A DNA stretch of 63,130 nt, filler included, from Sphacelaria rigidula (GCA_964200075.2; 10 parts of 10 records of this genome joined end to end with filler, not necessarily neighbours in it); one strand, 5' to 3'; shown: positions 48,355 to 61,080, counted from the first letter of the whole stretch. The notes: generated from the sequence alone by a model not told the origin. Program-made: numbers and translations.

Positions 48355-48525
48355 AACTATGGGGTATCACCTGTGCTGGCAGGATACATGTCGTCCCTGC
48401 AGCCTCTGGTTGTGGTTTTTTTCGCTCCGTTGGCCGGGCTCGTGTTGGACTACTGGGGGGGGCAGGTGTATGTCTTGCTGCTCACCAACGTCGTGACCAT
48501 CGCGGCGTACTTCATGCTGTGGCAG
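48355..48525 (+). CDS. MFS transporter, exon d
   Basis: TTCAG| / |GTGATT; 57 codons NYGVSPVLAGYMSSLQPLVVVFFAPLAGLVLDYWGG... (motif-A-like GxxxDxxG). Confidence 0.85.
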
Positions 48526-48800
48526 GTGATTTTATATACATATGCAATGGGCTTGTCTATTTTTTTTGTGTACAATCGGTGTCGGATATATTGGTCATTG
48601 CTATTGCAATAGCCGATAAATTCGATACTGTACGCAGTATACTTCTTATGAAAGTTGTCCAATGTCCAGCGTCTGAATATACGGGGATGGCGCGGTGAAT
48701 GAATTGGTCGACATGGAAGCAGAAGAATCAGCTTCGCTTTGCGATCGAGGGGTATGTAGAACAGTACGTTACTTTTTGAGATACTAGGTTGAAGAGTGTC

Positions 48801-49148
48801 ACCGGTCGCCCCGGTGGCTCAGTTGGTAACCTCGAAACCGTCTGACGATTGGGTCGTCGATTCAAATCTCGGAGCGATCCGGGATGTTTTCTCACATCAT
48901 GCCCAACAGTGGAGAACAACTATGTCGTGGGTACACAAAATTCGACTTCACGGTCGACGAGGGAAAGGGAGTGCTGAACCCCTCTCGCGATAAAAATTTA
49001 AGACAAGCACCGCAGAAAAAAGGTGGAGTACTAAAAACAAATAAAGAAGAAAAAGCTCCTGTGTTGACCTTCCTTCCTCCTGTGTCACCCCGGCTGGTGC
49101 GCCCACACATCCCGAAAGGTGTAGACCGGCGTCCAGAATAGATGGGAC

Positions 49149-49195
<47 letters not shown>
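48801..49195 (+). mobile_element. Full-length tRNA-derived SINE (~395 bp) in an MFS intron
   Basis: A box TGGCTCAGTTGG, B-box-like GATTCAAATC and a long (AC)n tail. Probable TSD AGTGTC / AGTATC. Confidence 0.9.
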
Positions 49196-49199
<4 letters not shown>

Positions 49200-49672
49200 C
49201 GCAGTTGCCGTCTGTTGTTCACTTCATGTCATGATCCACATGCTTGGCTCCAAGCTGTGGGACGGTGTTGATCCTGCAGCTCGAAAAACTGCGTGTGGAA
49301 AAGGGTCACGCCGTGCTGGGTATCAGCACACGAGAAGCAAGTAATTAGCGTAGGAAACGCTGACGACCAGGACGTTGGAGCGGGCCCACATGAGCAACGC
49401 ATTTTCGACATGGTTTCTTTCTTGTAGTTTTTCACGATGAATACGTGAGACACTGACAATTGGTCTATGAACGGAACGTACTTTTATCTAGTTCTAAAGC
49501 GCCTGGGCTCGAAGGGTGGTAAGAGTTGAATTGGATGATGACCAAGAGGGAAAACGTAGGATACCCGCCGCGCCCGCTCCCACGTGCGGTTCTGGGCCAC
49601 ATGATTACCCGACCCACTGACCCATCTCGTTGATTTTTTTCTGTTTTTGCCTTCTTCATCATCCACATGCAG

Positions 49673-49804
49673 AAACTAGCTGGAGCGGTGCTGTGTATCC
49701 TTTTGTTGGCGCTGTGTGAGTCTTTCGTGCCGACAATCTTGCTGAGTGCTCTGCCGGTGACCGTGGATAAAAACGTCTATGGCGTGGCGTTCGGCATTGC
49801 AGAG
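49673..49804 (+). CDS. MFS transporter, exon e
   Basis: TGCAG| / |GTGAGC; 44 codons KLAGAVLCILLLALCESFVPTILLSALPVTVDKNVYGVAFGIAE. Confidence 0.85.
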
Positions 49805-50375
49805 GTGAGCAGAAGCGCGCGCATTAGCATGTGTCTGGATCCGAGTGTGATGTCTCCGTCGATATCGATGGTTGAACACTTAATTTTTTTGTCAGATCAT
49901 AACGCCAACGATAACCTAAGATACCGATCCAAGGCAAACCGAGAACCCGCGGTCAAGGGGAGGTGCATGTATTAATGGTACCTACCTTCATGCAAGGTGT
50001 GCCTTGTTTTGGCGCCCAAGTCAAGAGGCGTTCTGCGCACGCTGCACACACCCTTGGCCAGCGTTTGGGATTGAAAGCACGGTACACCGTAAGTATGGCG
50101 GAAGGTAGGGCACCATGGTCCATTGTAGGTACTATACCCTTGTTTTTCGGTGTATCGTCTGCAGTACCCAGTACCTCCGGATGTAAATGCCCCCGCAACC
50201 GCGCTCGAAAACTTTCCGACTTGCAAAAATGCGCACGTTTGCTTCAGATGTTTTAACTACCGCATGGCGTCTGGAATGCATGAGAACATTCATGTGATGG
50301 ATCATGACACCTTGTGCGTCACATCCATGTAAGAATCTACGCACACATATTGTACTCAAGCAGTGTTCCTCCCTC

Positions 50376-50407
<32 letters not shown>

Positions 50408-50701
50408 CTTCTTTTTTCCTTTTTTTGTTTTTCTTTTTGTTGTTCATTTCTGCGTTTTTCATTATTTATTTTATGTGTATTTGTNNNNNNNNNNNNNNNN
50501 NNNNNNNNNNNNNNNNNNNNNNNNNNNNTTAATTAATTAANNNNNNNNNNNNNNNNNNNNNNNNNNNNNNNNNNNNNNNNNNNNCACAAGTGTGTTCGTA
50601 CTTCACCTGTAGGAGCTGGATCGCATAGAAACTGATCTGTCCGACGTGTGGAGTAATCCTACGTGGAATGGGGGTACAGCAGGGGAAAATGGGGGTGTGC
50701 G

Positions 50702-50959
50702 CAAGGGTCCGACGAATCGTCTCTGGTTTAAATCACCAAATCTACGATTCCTGAAGCCTGATTGCACGAAAGAGAGACAAAAGTTGGCCGCGGGTAAAGA
50801 AATGTCTCTGCGCAATTTTTGGGCTATTCCACGTGCCTGGAGTGCCCGTACTTGGGGTGCAATGCTGAAAACAAAGTCTGAGGGTTGATTCGTACGGTAC
50901 GAATCAATGGCACTGAAAACAACTAATTTTCAGACGAATCGTTATTTGTCTGACATTTG
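50702..50959. mobile_element. hAT-like MITE, family A (older copy)
   Basis: 258 bp, homologous to the 2230 and 17508 copies; TSD degraded (5/8). Confidence 0.8.
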
Positions 50960-51791
50960 GATGTTTGGAGCGACTCTTCGTACCAGCAGGGAAACAAGCC
51001 ACACTTTGAAGATTCGCGGAGACTGTAAGTTTTTCCGTTCGAACGCTCTGGGGTGTCGACATAACATCGCATCTGCACACCGGACTACAACGGTATCAGT
51101 CACATACAAGCCCATGACAAGCGTCAGTTGGGTAATAACCCAGTAACCCTCCCCATTTCCCGCAATGAACCCCCCCCCCTCCGCCGCCTCCACACCTACA
51201 TGGTAAGGGTTAACAAAGCACGAACGCAAAATGAACAAGGATTCAAGTCAAGGCTTGTGCGGGAGGGGTCAGTTTGAAGGAGTCATGCTCCAGGAGTGTT
51301 TGCGAAAAAAAAAAAAACGTAATCACGTGTGCGTAGAAATAAATGTCAAAGCGTGTTGTGTACTGGACTAAAAAATTTCAACAATCTTGAAATTTTTTGT
51401 GAAACAAAAAATAACGGGGGTGGCACCCATATATACAGATATAGATATAGATACTTCAGATCCCACCCCCCCTCCGCTCGCAGTATCCTTCATGGCATGA
51501 TTGCAGACAAGTGGCGGGACGATGAAAAATCGAGTGCTGAAGGCTGGAAGCATCCTATTGGTATGCTCGGGCGTCAAAACCATGCCAAGATAGATGCTTG
51601 GCTGAGTGGCTGACAGCAACGGACACACTCTTCACGGAGGAGGAGGGGGGGGCCGGGGCAGGGAGGGGAAGGGGAAAAGGTATAATATCATGCTTCGACA
51701 CAGTAAGCCATATGTTCGTTGAAAATACGACAGAGAGGAGGGGGAAAAAAACATGAAAAGGAGGGGGACCACTTTTCTTGTGTTTTGTTAC

Positions 51792-51901
51792 CTGCGAAGC
51801 GTCCAGCTCGGAGTTAAGCGATTGCATATCCTCCTTGATGATGTGAACCAGAGAGTTGATTTCCGAAGCTGGATCGTTGAAAACGCCTCTTTGCTGCACA
51901 A
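51792..51901 (-). CDS. STX5: Syntaxin-5/Sed5/SYP3-like Qa-SNARE, Habc exon
   Basis: CTACAG| / |GTAACA. LVQQRGVFNDPASEINSLVHIIKEDMQSLNSELDASQ fits the F.D...EI..L...IK.D...LN pattern. Confidence 0.8.
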
Positions 51902-52496
51902 CTGTAGCGGCATAGTACGAGCATTATTCGAACCACAAAAAAGGTCTTGGATCGTGACTTCTAAGGTTTGACAACAGAGAGAATGAAAACAATACAAGGA
52001 AACGGACAAAAAAAAGACACTACAGCGCACTTGCCTACCATGTGTGTGGCTGAACGCGGATTCAGTCGATCATACTTGCGTGTGAACGAAAAGCTTCCTG
52101 TCATTATCCATGCGCACAAGGAGGGAAAAATTAACACGTGAGTCTTGATGAAAAGTGGGCATTGCTGTTCTCGTCAGTCATCCTAGCAATGATTTTCTCC
52201 CTCTCCTGCCCCCCCTCCCCCCGTGCAATTATTTAATAGGACAAAGTATGTGACACTTTTTACTTTTCTATCGGTAAAAAAACAACCCTGTCATTGCCAC
52301 TGCCGCACGAAATTTCTCCTTCACACGTGGGACGCAAAAATCATCGAAGTAATCACGTCCGTGGGGGGGAGAAATTACCGATAAAGTGAAAACATGGCGC
52401 CGATTTCAACAGAAAAATAAGAAAGCGTGCACGGGATGGAAACCCTGTTTGAACATTGTTGGGTGTCCAATCAAGGAAAGAGAGACACTAAAAAAC

Positions 52497-52550
<54 letters not shown>
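52497..52550. repeat. (AAT)n microsatellite
   Basis: About 18 perfect units, intronic. Confidence 0.95.
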
Positions 52551-52556
<6 letters not shown>

Positions 52557-52615
52557 TAGCGGGAAAAAAAAGAAGTGGTATATCAACAGCGCCGGCCGAT
52601 GCGTCCGCTTCTCAC

Positions 52616-52739
52616 GTTTGGTTAATCGCTCAAGCTTCTGGGAAACGATGTGTATCTTCTTGGCGATAGACGACGCCGCGGCGTGGAACTCCCCGAGCGT
52701 CGCAACCTGTCGAGCCACCGCAGGTGCTGGGGGCTTCGC
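52616..52739 (-). CDS. STX5: Syntaxin-5-like, preceding exon
   Basis: TTCAG| / |GTGAGA. ...LGEFHAAASSIAKKIHIVSQKLERLTK; phase 1 matches the next exon. Confidence 0.8.
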
Positions 52740-54065
52740 CTGAACATAGCCGCAGCAGTCAAAGGGTGAGAGCCACGGTACGGGGAGAGGAGTTCGACGG
52801 GGTGAGCGGAAATACATTATGCCGTGGTCAAAAGATCATTGACGTCGCATCCCTACGAAGCCGGGACGGAGCACGCCGGATTTTCGCCGAACCAGGCTTG
52901 CGATCGGTTACCGAGCGCGGAGCGCCGTGATGTGTTTGGCGAGTCGCATGAAGGGTGAGCTGCATCCTGTTAGCTCTTAGACAGCGACCCCTCCGCAGGT
53001 GGGCTGAGTTTGACTATGCCACATCTTGGGGTCCCAGAAAATATATTTTTCTCGCTAAACAAAACGCCGTCTTGATGAGCATGTGGATATTTGGCATCTC
53101 TCTCTATATATATATATAACAGTCCCGGAGAACCCCTGACCAGTTTTGACCTTGCAGTCGATGGCGTGCAGAGTCAGCATGTATGTGTGCTGTATGTCTT
53201 CGCTGGATACAACGGCAAGAGACGGTATAAGTGCGCCATCGCTCTCGACTGGACACAATTTACTGCATGCTACGGATGCCTCTGCTCAGGGCGTGTCTCA
53301 GCACATTACTTTTCGATCGACATTGTGCGGCGGAAAACGAAATTCCCGATCTGATTGGTCGTGATTTCAACCATCGTCATTAATTTTGTAAGATGGTTAA
53401 AAATCACCACCCATCAGATGGGGATTTTTATTTTTCCACCGGAATTTTTCGATCGAAAATTGATGTGCCTTAATACGGCCTTTGTGTTCAACAACACTAC
53501 AGACAATGTGAAGCTATGCTGGCAACATATGAGGCGTCACACAGGCGGCACAGACCTCGGGCAGGGTACAAAACAAGTGATTTGTACCCAATGAGTATAT
53601 GGCTGCATTGCCATAACCAAAATGAAATATGCCAGTAAACAGCGAAGTGGTCCACCTCCGGGGAAACTACGTGCTCATTTTGACGACCGTGATTAGTCAG
53701 AATGGTCATTCCGCGCCTCTCGGGCCTCGTTCTCAGCTTCAAATCTTCCGCGGGAAACTTTCAAAGACAAATGGTTGACTTGGTGAGCTTTTCGGCTGCT
53801 CTGCGGACAGACACCCCCCCCCCCCCCCGTCAAAAACCACCCCGCCCCCGGCCACTGGAAACCCCCGAATGTCTGCGGGCTGTCAGCCCGCGAAAGTATT
53901 CCGAGGCGATGCTCGCTGTCCAAGGGTCAAGATTATTCGTCCCGAAGCGTACTGATTTTACTTGCATATGGATGACAGCATATTCGCTTCATTTGCTGGT
54001 ATCGCCACTTCCAGAGACAGCCACAGGTTACACGTTGCATCATGGGTGATGAGGGGAAAGCGAGG

Positions 54066-54310
54066 GGTGGGGGGGAGGGGTACTCCTGTGTTGCCTGCCG
54101 TAGTCATTTGACAATTGACTACGCATCCTTTTCGAGACGAAGCAACGTTCCTACACCTTTTAAAAACACCTCCAATATTTCGGCGCTCATTACGTTTTTT
54201 CATACATTACATGAGAGCTATTTTGCCGTCTGTGGACACCATCCATCTCCAAGTACAAGCTGGGCTGACCCAGAAGTTCAGTTTCCTTCGGCCCGTTCTA
54301 ACTCACCATG
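54066..54310 (-). mobile_element. LINE family B, 3' fragment
   Basis: KKRNERRNIGGVFKRCRNVASSRKGCVVNCQMT followed by a C-rich tail. Confidence 0.75.
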
Positions 54311-56736
54311 AACCCCAAGTTGTACCCATGACACATCGTGTATAATCGGGAAATCAAGGCGCGTCTCTCAATCTACGAGGCGCTTCGATCCGACAGGTTC
54401 CCATCAAACTAAACACCCAACTGTAACCACCTGCGAGATGTAGAGAGTTGAGGGTGACCTATGCGGCGGAATTCGTTTGAAAAAAAAGGCGAAATCGAAA
54501 TTATCGGTTACAGTCGGTTGTGCCGCGGCCGCAGGTCGTACTGTAGGCGCGCAGTGTCTAAGACGGCACATAGACGAGGCCCCCAGCGCGCCAAGGCGTC
54601 TGATGGTAGTGTGCGAACCGTTGGGCAGTGGGTGAAGAAAGCTTGTAGAGAAGGTCATAGTTACGGCTGAGGTTGCTGTACTCTAAACCGAGTCAACCGG
54701 TTTTCGACAGACAAACGCGGTTGCGCTGTTCAAGTTCAAGTCGCTTCCTATCAAAGTTTGACTCGATGTCTATGAGGTATGTGCGAAGCCTACTCCCCCC
54801 CCCCCTCCCCCTCTTTTTTTGTTTCTTCGTGAGTTATTGGTGACATAGATTTCGGAACAGGTTTTGGGCAAAAAATCGTCAATAACTTGCCAATATTTAT
54901 TTATATATATTTAGTCAGCGGGGAAAAGTAGGATCTTCGCACAAACCTCATGTACGTCGTGTCAAAGTTTTAAGGAAAACGACTCGAAATTGAACAGCGT
55001 AACCACGCCTCAAGTATTCCTGTTCGCATCTTGGCCGGTCCATTTCACACACAAGAACCGGTTTCGACGGAAAAACACGATTTCGCTGTTCAATTTTGGG
55101 TTGTTTTCTTTTATGAAATATTGACAGTGTACAGGATGGATGTGCTGTGCGAACACCTGATCTTTCCCCCCATATTATTATTTTTTTTTTTCGTAAGTTA
55201 TCGGCACCCGGAAAATTCTGAACAGTTTTTCGGAACTGAATCGCGAACAACTCACAAAGAACAAAATGTGGAAAGAGTGAAAGTTATGGTTTCTGCACAC
55301 ACCTCATGTATATCGTGTCAAATTAGGATAGAAAGCGACTTAAAATTAACCAAGATGATCGCAGTTTAATATTCCTGTTCGCATCTTCGGCGGCCCAGCT
55401 TGTATAGCGATGGTTTTCGTGCTCCAGTCTAATATACAAAACGACCTCGCAAGCCACGCCGACGGACCAGATATCCTTTCAACACAGACAGGGCGCATGC
55501 AAGTAAGCTCTTGTGCAAATGCTTGGATGGGCCCGTAACGCACATGAACGGGGATGCGGAAGAGTCATGTGATTTATAACCTCTGTATGACCCGACCCGC
55601 TTACTAATAACCCTGGCCATGTCAACGTGGATCGTCCTCCCGGGCCCGTCACCCTGGGACCGCCTCCTCCAACCCCCAGTCTGGGCTCGTCATACTTCTT
55701 GTCTGGGAGGCACCCAGTCCGGGTGCCGCACCCGGTCATTTTGTCGTCCAACCCCAAGCCTTGCCTTAGGTGTTGACAGCGCCAAAAAGCGATGTGGAAA
55801 AACGAGCTGTCGCTTGCGACCAAGGACGCGACCTTACTTGTCTTCTCTCTTCTACCCTATACCCCTAGACGGCAGCCAACCCACAACAATACATCCAGTG
55901 GTTATTAAGGCAACTTTTCCTCCACACGGGGGACTGCTTCCACGTATAGTGCGCTACCGGCGGTGCTTTATCAGTGCTCCTTCACCCGCTGCCTGCCGAC
56001 AGCCTACCCATTTCCGTCCTTTTTTACACAAGCAGTAACTTGCTGCCCTATGAACCAGAAGGATGTGCGAATCTTGAATCTTTCCCACTATCGGCAATAT
56101 ATATACGGTCAATAGTTGAAATAGAAAAAACTGTATTACATATCGTATAGGCCGATTGCAACTCTTGTCAGTTGTAAGCACTACAACTTTTTTTCTATTG
56201 CAACTGTTGACCATCAATAGGCCTATACTTTGCGCAGAACGATATCTCATATCGCAACTTTTGTTCATATTTGTTCAGGGTATGGAATCTTCTTGCGGCA
56301 CACATTCCTGGAAGATTCGCAGCCGGAGTGCAAGCTCGAAGCTTTGCCTCCGACGAATTCCCGTAAATATATGACCCCCCAAGTAGAATAAAGGGATCGG
56401 GGTGTATGAGTATGTGGACCTCCCTTTCCCTTGCCACAGTGAGTGAAACCCCCCCAACTGGCGTAAGCAGCGGCTATTTCAGAGCAGCCGGCAGTATCGA
56501 ACGCCGGCGAAGGAGTGAAATATTGGTTATTGTCCAGTATCACCCGTGCAAGCACAGCATGTATCACCATGAGCAAACGTAATGTTAGTCATGGATAGTT
56601 TAGCCTCTCATATTAGCAGATACAGCTCTTGTTGCTGAAGGAGTACCAGACAGACCGCGCCGAAATTCTGGATACGATGACTACCGTAGTTGTGCGAGTC
56701 ATCGCACCCCTGTGCGATCGATTTTTGAATGATTCC

Positions 56737-56807
56737 ACGGTTAGGACAAATCATCACGACTCAAAATCACAAAAATTCACGATTTCTTCTGCCTGATTAC
56801 CCGAAAG
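56737..56807. mobile_element. hAT-like MITE family A, left end (truncated by the contig end)
   Basis: CACGGTTAGGACAAATCATCACG...TTCACGATTTCTTCTGCCTGATT. Confidence 0.75.
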
Positions 56808-57249
56808 NNNNNNNNNNNNNNNNNNNNNNNNNNNNNNNNNNNNNNNNNNNNTTAATTAATTAANNNNNNNNNNNNNNNNNNNNNNNNNNNNNNNNNNNNN
56901 NNNNNNNGTCGATACGAGGTTCGTACTCGTGTCTCCACCGTCGTTGACTGATCTTTGAATGGTGGTCTAAGATCACAGGTGGACTTCTGCCCACCCCAGT
57001 ATGGGCAGTCGGGGGAAGGGGGTGGTATCTGAAAAATTTAGTGCGATATGAGTTACACTGTGTCTCACGACCCCTGTATCTCCTATCGCCCCAAACCTCA
57101 GAGCCCACGTCGACACGATGCTAGGGTTCGTGTCCCTTACCTTTCCTTGCTCCGCTTCCGTTGGTTTGGTGGTCTTTGTGTGTGTGGTTCAAGATCACTA
57201 GCGGTCCTCGGCCCACCCCCGCAGGGAGCAGGCCAGGAGGAAGGTATAT

Positions 57250-57499
57250 CGGGTACGACCTCAAATACTCTATTCAAAATTTGAGTAGACCGACTATGAC
57301 CTCACTCTACTCAAATATTGAGTAAGCGCTCTCAGTAATACTTGAGTATCAAGTATCATTTGAGTATGACCTCAACACTCCACTCAAATTTTGAGTAGAT
57401 TGAGTATGACCTCGACTATTCTACTCAAATTTTGAGTACTAAAAGTATAACTCTTCGAAAATGCTGAGCATTGAGTATACTCTACTCGACCCGCCTTTG
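57250..57499. mobile_element. TACTCAAA..TTGAGTA-array element, one end
   Basis: Reverse complement of the terminus at 8354. Confidence 0.75.
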
Positions 57500-58608
57500 C
57501 AGAACTCCTCATTTCCGAATTTTTGCCGTTGTACATATTTTCCTTTCTCCTCTCAAAATCACCGAGGCACGAAATGGCGATCGAAATCCATCATGTTTCG
57601 CTTTTGCTTTCGTCCCGTGAGAGTTGGCCTGAGGGGGTGAGTGTTTCAACCATAGTCCCAAAGCCACACATTCGCGCAGACGAAGGTGGCGCGGAACAAT
57701 CAAACCGATTCGACTGAGCATTGATAGATCACGCAAATGTGTTTGCTATTCTTCTGTACGGGGGAAGGGCGTGCGAATATCTCCCAGCAAGGATACTTAG
57801 GAAGCGATCATCAATGGAAGATATGTCGCACACGAAAAAGCGAAGATAGTCTCGCCAAGAGTAGAAAAAGGCGCCATGCTGCACTAAGCAAACACCGAAG
57901 AAAATGCGCCCCGGTCAACACGCTGAAGGAGTCTAGCCAACAGCAGAGTCACAATGCTGCAATTTGCAGCACCACACCCGACCGAGTACACATCGCAACG
58001 AAATAAAAGCGCGTCCCGGTCAACAAAGGCTCGGCACTGCTCCAGCGACTCGAAGGGCTGCCAGACGTGCAGTGAGTATCTGACGTTCCTAAGCGCTCTA
58101 AAGGGCTGCAAGAGCCTTAGGTGCCCACAAGGTGATCCTTGATGATATTGTATTTAGGTTAGGATCGACGACGGATGAACTTGAAGCTTGACCTGCGGAT
58201 GGCAACGTGGAACAACCCAACTCCCACAGGTTTGTAATAAATTCAGCATCTATGGTTGATTCTGTCCGAGCAAGAAAAATAGAGTTTGGCGTGCAGCAGG
58301 AGATGACAATTGCTCAAAAGACGTAGCATAGCTCACTAAATAATCTTGCCTACACAGAGATGCATCAAGCAGCGTGAGATTCGCACTGTGGGCTGATGTC
58401 CATTTTTAGGAATCAACCGATCAAGGGGTGACCCATGGGTATGAAGAAACCGGAACATGATCGTACTTGATTTAGTATCTACAGCAGGTCTGGCGTTCAT
58501 CCTATCGTCTGAGGAGGCAAAATCGATTTTCGCATACCGCAGGAAACGATAGCTGCTTACAGGCATAGGGAAGCTCGCGGAATCATCTTGCCTACACAGG
58601 GACACATC

Positions 58609-58984
58609 GAGTGGCGGAAAAAGGTCAGGTAGGGTGTGAACTTCTGAATACTCGGGTAAAATATCCGGGTATTTTCTCTTTCCAAATTGGGGCTGACCTC
58701 AAAAGTCTACCCAATTTTTCGGCAAGTTGGGTACGGCCCCGAATACTGTACCCACATAGTGGGTAACCACTCTCACCAATACCTGGGTATATAGAGTATC
58801 ACTTGGGTATGACCGCAGTACTCTATCCAATTCTTGGGTATCTTGGGTGCGATTTGAAATGCTCTACCCAATTCTTGGGTATTTTGGGTATGAGTTCAAT
58901 ACTCTACTCATAATGCTTGGGCACTGAGAGTATGACTTTACAGAAATACCGAGTATTGAGTATACCCTACCCGACCTGCCACTG
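58609..58984. mobile_element. Related TACCCAA..TTGGGTA-array element
   Basis: Right end ...TACCCTACCCGACCTGCCACTG. The left end resembles the reverse complement of 10320-10372. Confidence 0.6.
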
Positions 58985-60134
58985 CAACATTTGCACTGTG
59001 CTCTGAGATCAGCTTTGAGGGCCAATTGGTCAAGGGTGACCTCTCGGGAAAAAATAGCACACTTTTTCTCCTATTTTGGATGACAAACCCAATATTCTAT
59101 CGGAACTTGGGAATTCCTGGAGCGCAGATAACACTGGCCCCACCACAGTGAACACATCGTGCCTGGGCTAGGAGCTCAAGTCATGTAGCAACCCCAACTG
59201 TACAAGTGGGGATGCGTTGCATGGAGAGCGGGACAAGCACGCATGCGCCAACCATCGCCACCACTGGTATTTGAGTCTCATTCAGTACAACCTGCGCCGC
59301 TTGATGATGAGAATCGTACTTGTAAAAACTCGCATGAACCATCGGCGGGTGTAAAGCCGCCGATGTTGCACATGGGTTATGCATTTCGATATCCGGCCGA
59401 AGTCGTAGACCTGCGACTTGCGTGCTTTTTTTCGGGAAAACAAGATGAATTGACTTTAGTGTTCATTTGCATACCATGTCAGACGTATATATCTCCCTAC
59501 GCCAACACACAACTGACAACAGTACTGCATCACAGTATATATACTTTCATGGCTTGTACCCGAAGCCTGAACACGTTGCAAAGGTGGCCTCAGGATCATG
59601 CACTATGCTAAGGAGGTACAGAGACCGCAGCTTGTGAATCCACCCCTGCCCCTCGAGGGAAACTTCAACTCTCGGATACCCAGAAGATTCAAAATGTACA
59701 GTACTTTCGTAATACATTCGAATGGTTAATGTGCCCCTCTTCTCATTTTTTTTTTCTCTGTGCCAAATCCCAGATATTAACATTCCTGAGAGCTTAGGAA
59801 TTCCACACACTGTGTATGTTTCCCCCAGTAGTACTTATTTTGGCCACAACTCTCGAACAGCGACGATTCGGGTGTCAATACAGCTATCGCAATTTCCGCC
59901 CAGGTGTCGGGAACACCCACACCATAATGTCAGTGCCATCGGGCAATAATACAGCTTCGTTGAGTCTCTCACTGACGGTGCCGATCCCTTTCAGCGACAG
60001 ACGTGCGACGAGATACTTGAGATACACATACACTCAAAATGAGCACCATAATCGACCTCCGCTGGAAGCCTCCGTTTCTACGACTTTGGAGGGATGGGTA
60101 GGGGGTACTGGGTACTGGGTACAGGGGTCGGGGC

Positions 60135-60585
60135 GGCGTGCTCACTTGTTGCTTGCTTGAGTCGGCTGACCATTGACCGCGCATCCCTTTTAAGACGGAG
60201 CACCGTTCCTACTCCTCATAGAGACACCTCCAACATTCACGCCCTCATTGCGTTTCTTCCATGAATTACACAAAAACCTTTTACAAATCTTTTCCCCTCC
60301 CTGTTTCGCCATCTGTGGCCACCACCTACCCCCAAGTATAGCCGCCGTTGTGTCGCTACTGTCTAATGCATCACACGATTTGGTGCCACTTTCGTCCATG
60401 TCCCGCGTTTCCCCTTCAAGCACGTCCCGTTTCTCCTTACATATTTTACATTTTGCCGCTATATGACTTCTGCTCTCTATTGCTCTGCCACAGGGGCAAT
60501 TCTGTGCATCCACTTCCTCCTCCTCTCGACGACTGGAAAATCTCTTCCTTCTCTCCGGCAAGTCCAGGTCCCAGGGGGGGGGGGG
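60135..60585 (-). mobile_element. LINE family B: C-terminal zinc-knuckle region of the RT ORF plus 3' end
   Basis: DLDLPERRKRFSS..EEEVDAQNCPCGRAIESRSHIAAKC...ILGGRWWP...WKKRNE..NVGGVSMRSRNGAPS (CPC-x8-H-x4-C). Five shorter 5'-truncated copies occur in the window. Confidence 0.8.
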
Positions 60586-60870
60586 AAGAGGGGTAAGTCT
60601 AGCGAATATTGTGCCATGAGACACTGAAGATGAGATGACTGTACCTCAGAGCACCTGAGGGGCGTGCGACAATCGCTGTAGTCCCCCTTCACCGCCTTCT
60701 CCTTGCCCACCAGGAAAGTCAAGTGCCAATTTAGGGCGGCTCCACTCATCCAGTGGCTCCTTGCCCACCAGAAAGTCAAGTATCAACTGTAGGGGACTTG
60801 TTATTTTCTCTCGACTTTATCGTGTCCTTGTGCTGTACCAATGTATATCAACACTCCCGACGGCTACTAA

Positions 60871-61080
60871 GAAAATTCGACCCCAAGGTCGACAAGGAAA
60901 AATAAATGGTTGAACCCTTCTCGCGATAAAAAAAACGTCACCACCGCAGAAAGAAGGTAGAATTGTAAAATGAAGTGTGAAACGCCTGCGTTGACCTCCC
61001 TCCTGTGGGACCCCAGCTGATGCGCCTACATGTACCGAAAGGTGTACGCAGTGGTCCAGAATAAATGGGAAGACAACGTA
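60871..61080 (+). mobile_element. Diverged SINE 3' half
   Basis: AAATTCGAC...TCTCGCGATAAAAA...ACCGAAAGGTGTA...TCCAGAATAAATGGG. Confidence 0.7.

Noticed and set aside
48801..48875. SINE heads as functional tRNA genes
   Set aside because: A/B boxes are present, but there is no proper cloverleaf and each head continues into a shared SINE body.
53150..55750. Exon-like minus-strand segments upstream of the syntaxin-5 exons (~53150-53248, ~53693-53788, ~55650-55765)
   Set aside because: None contains the Sed5 N-terminal RDRT motif or another recognisable domain, so they cannot be assigned.
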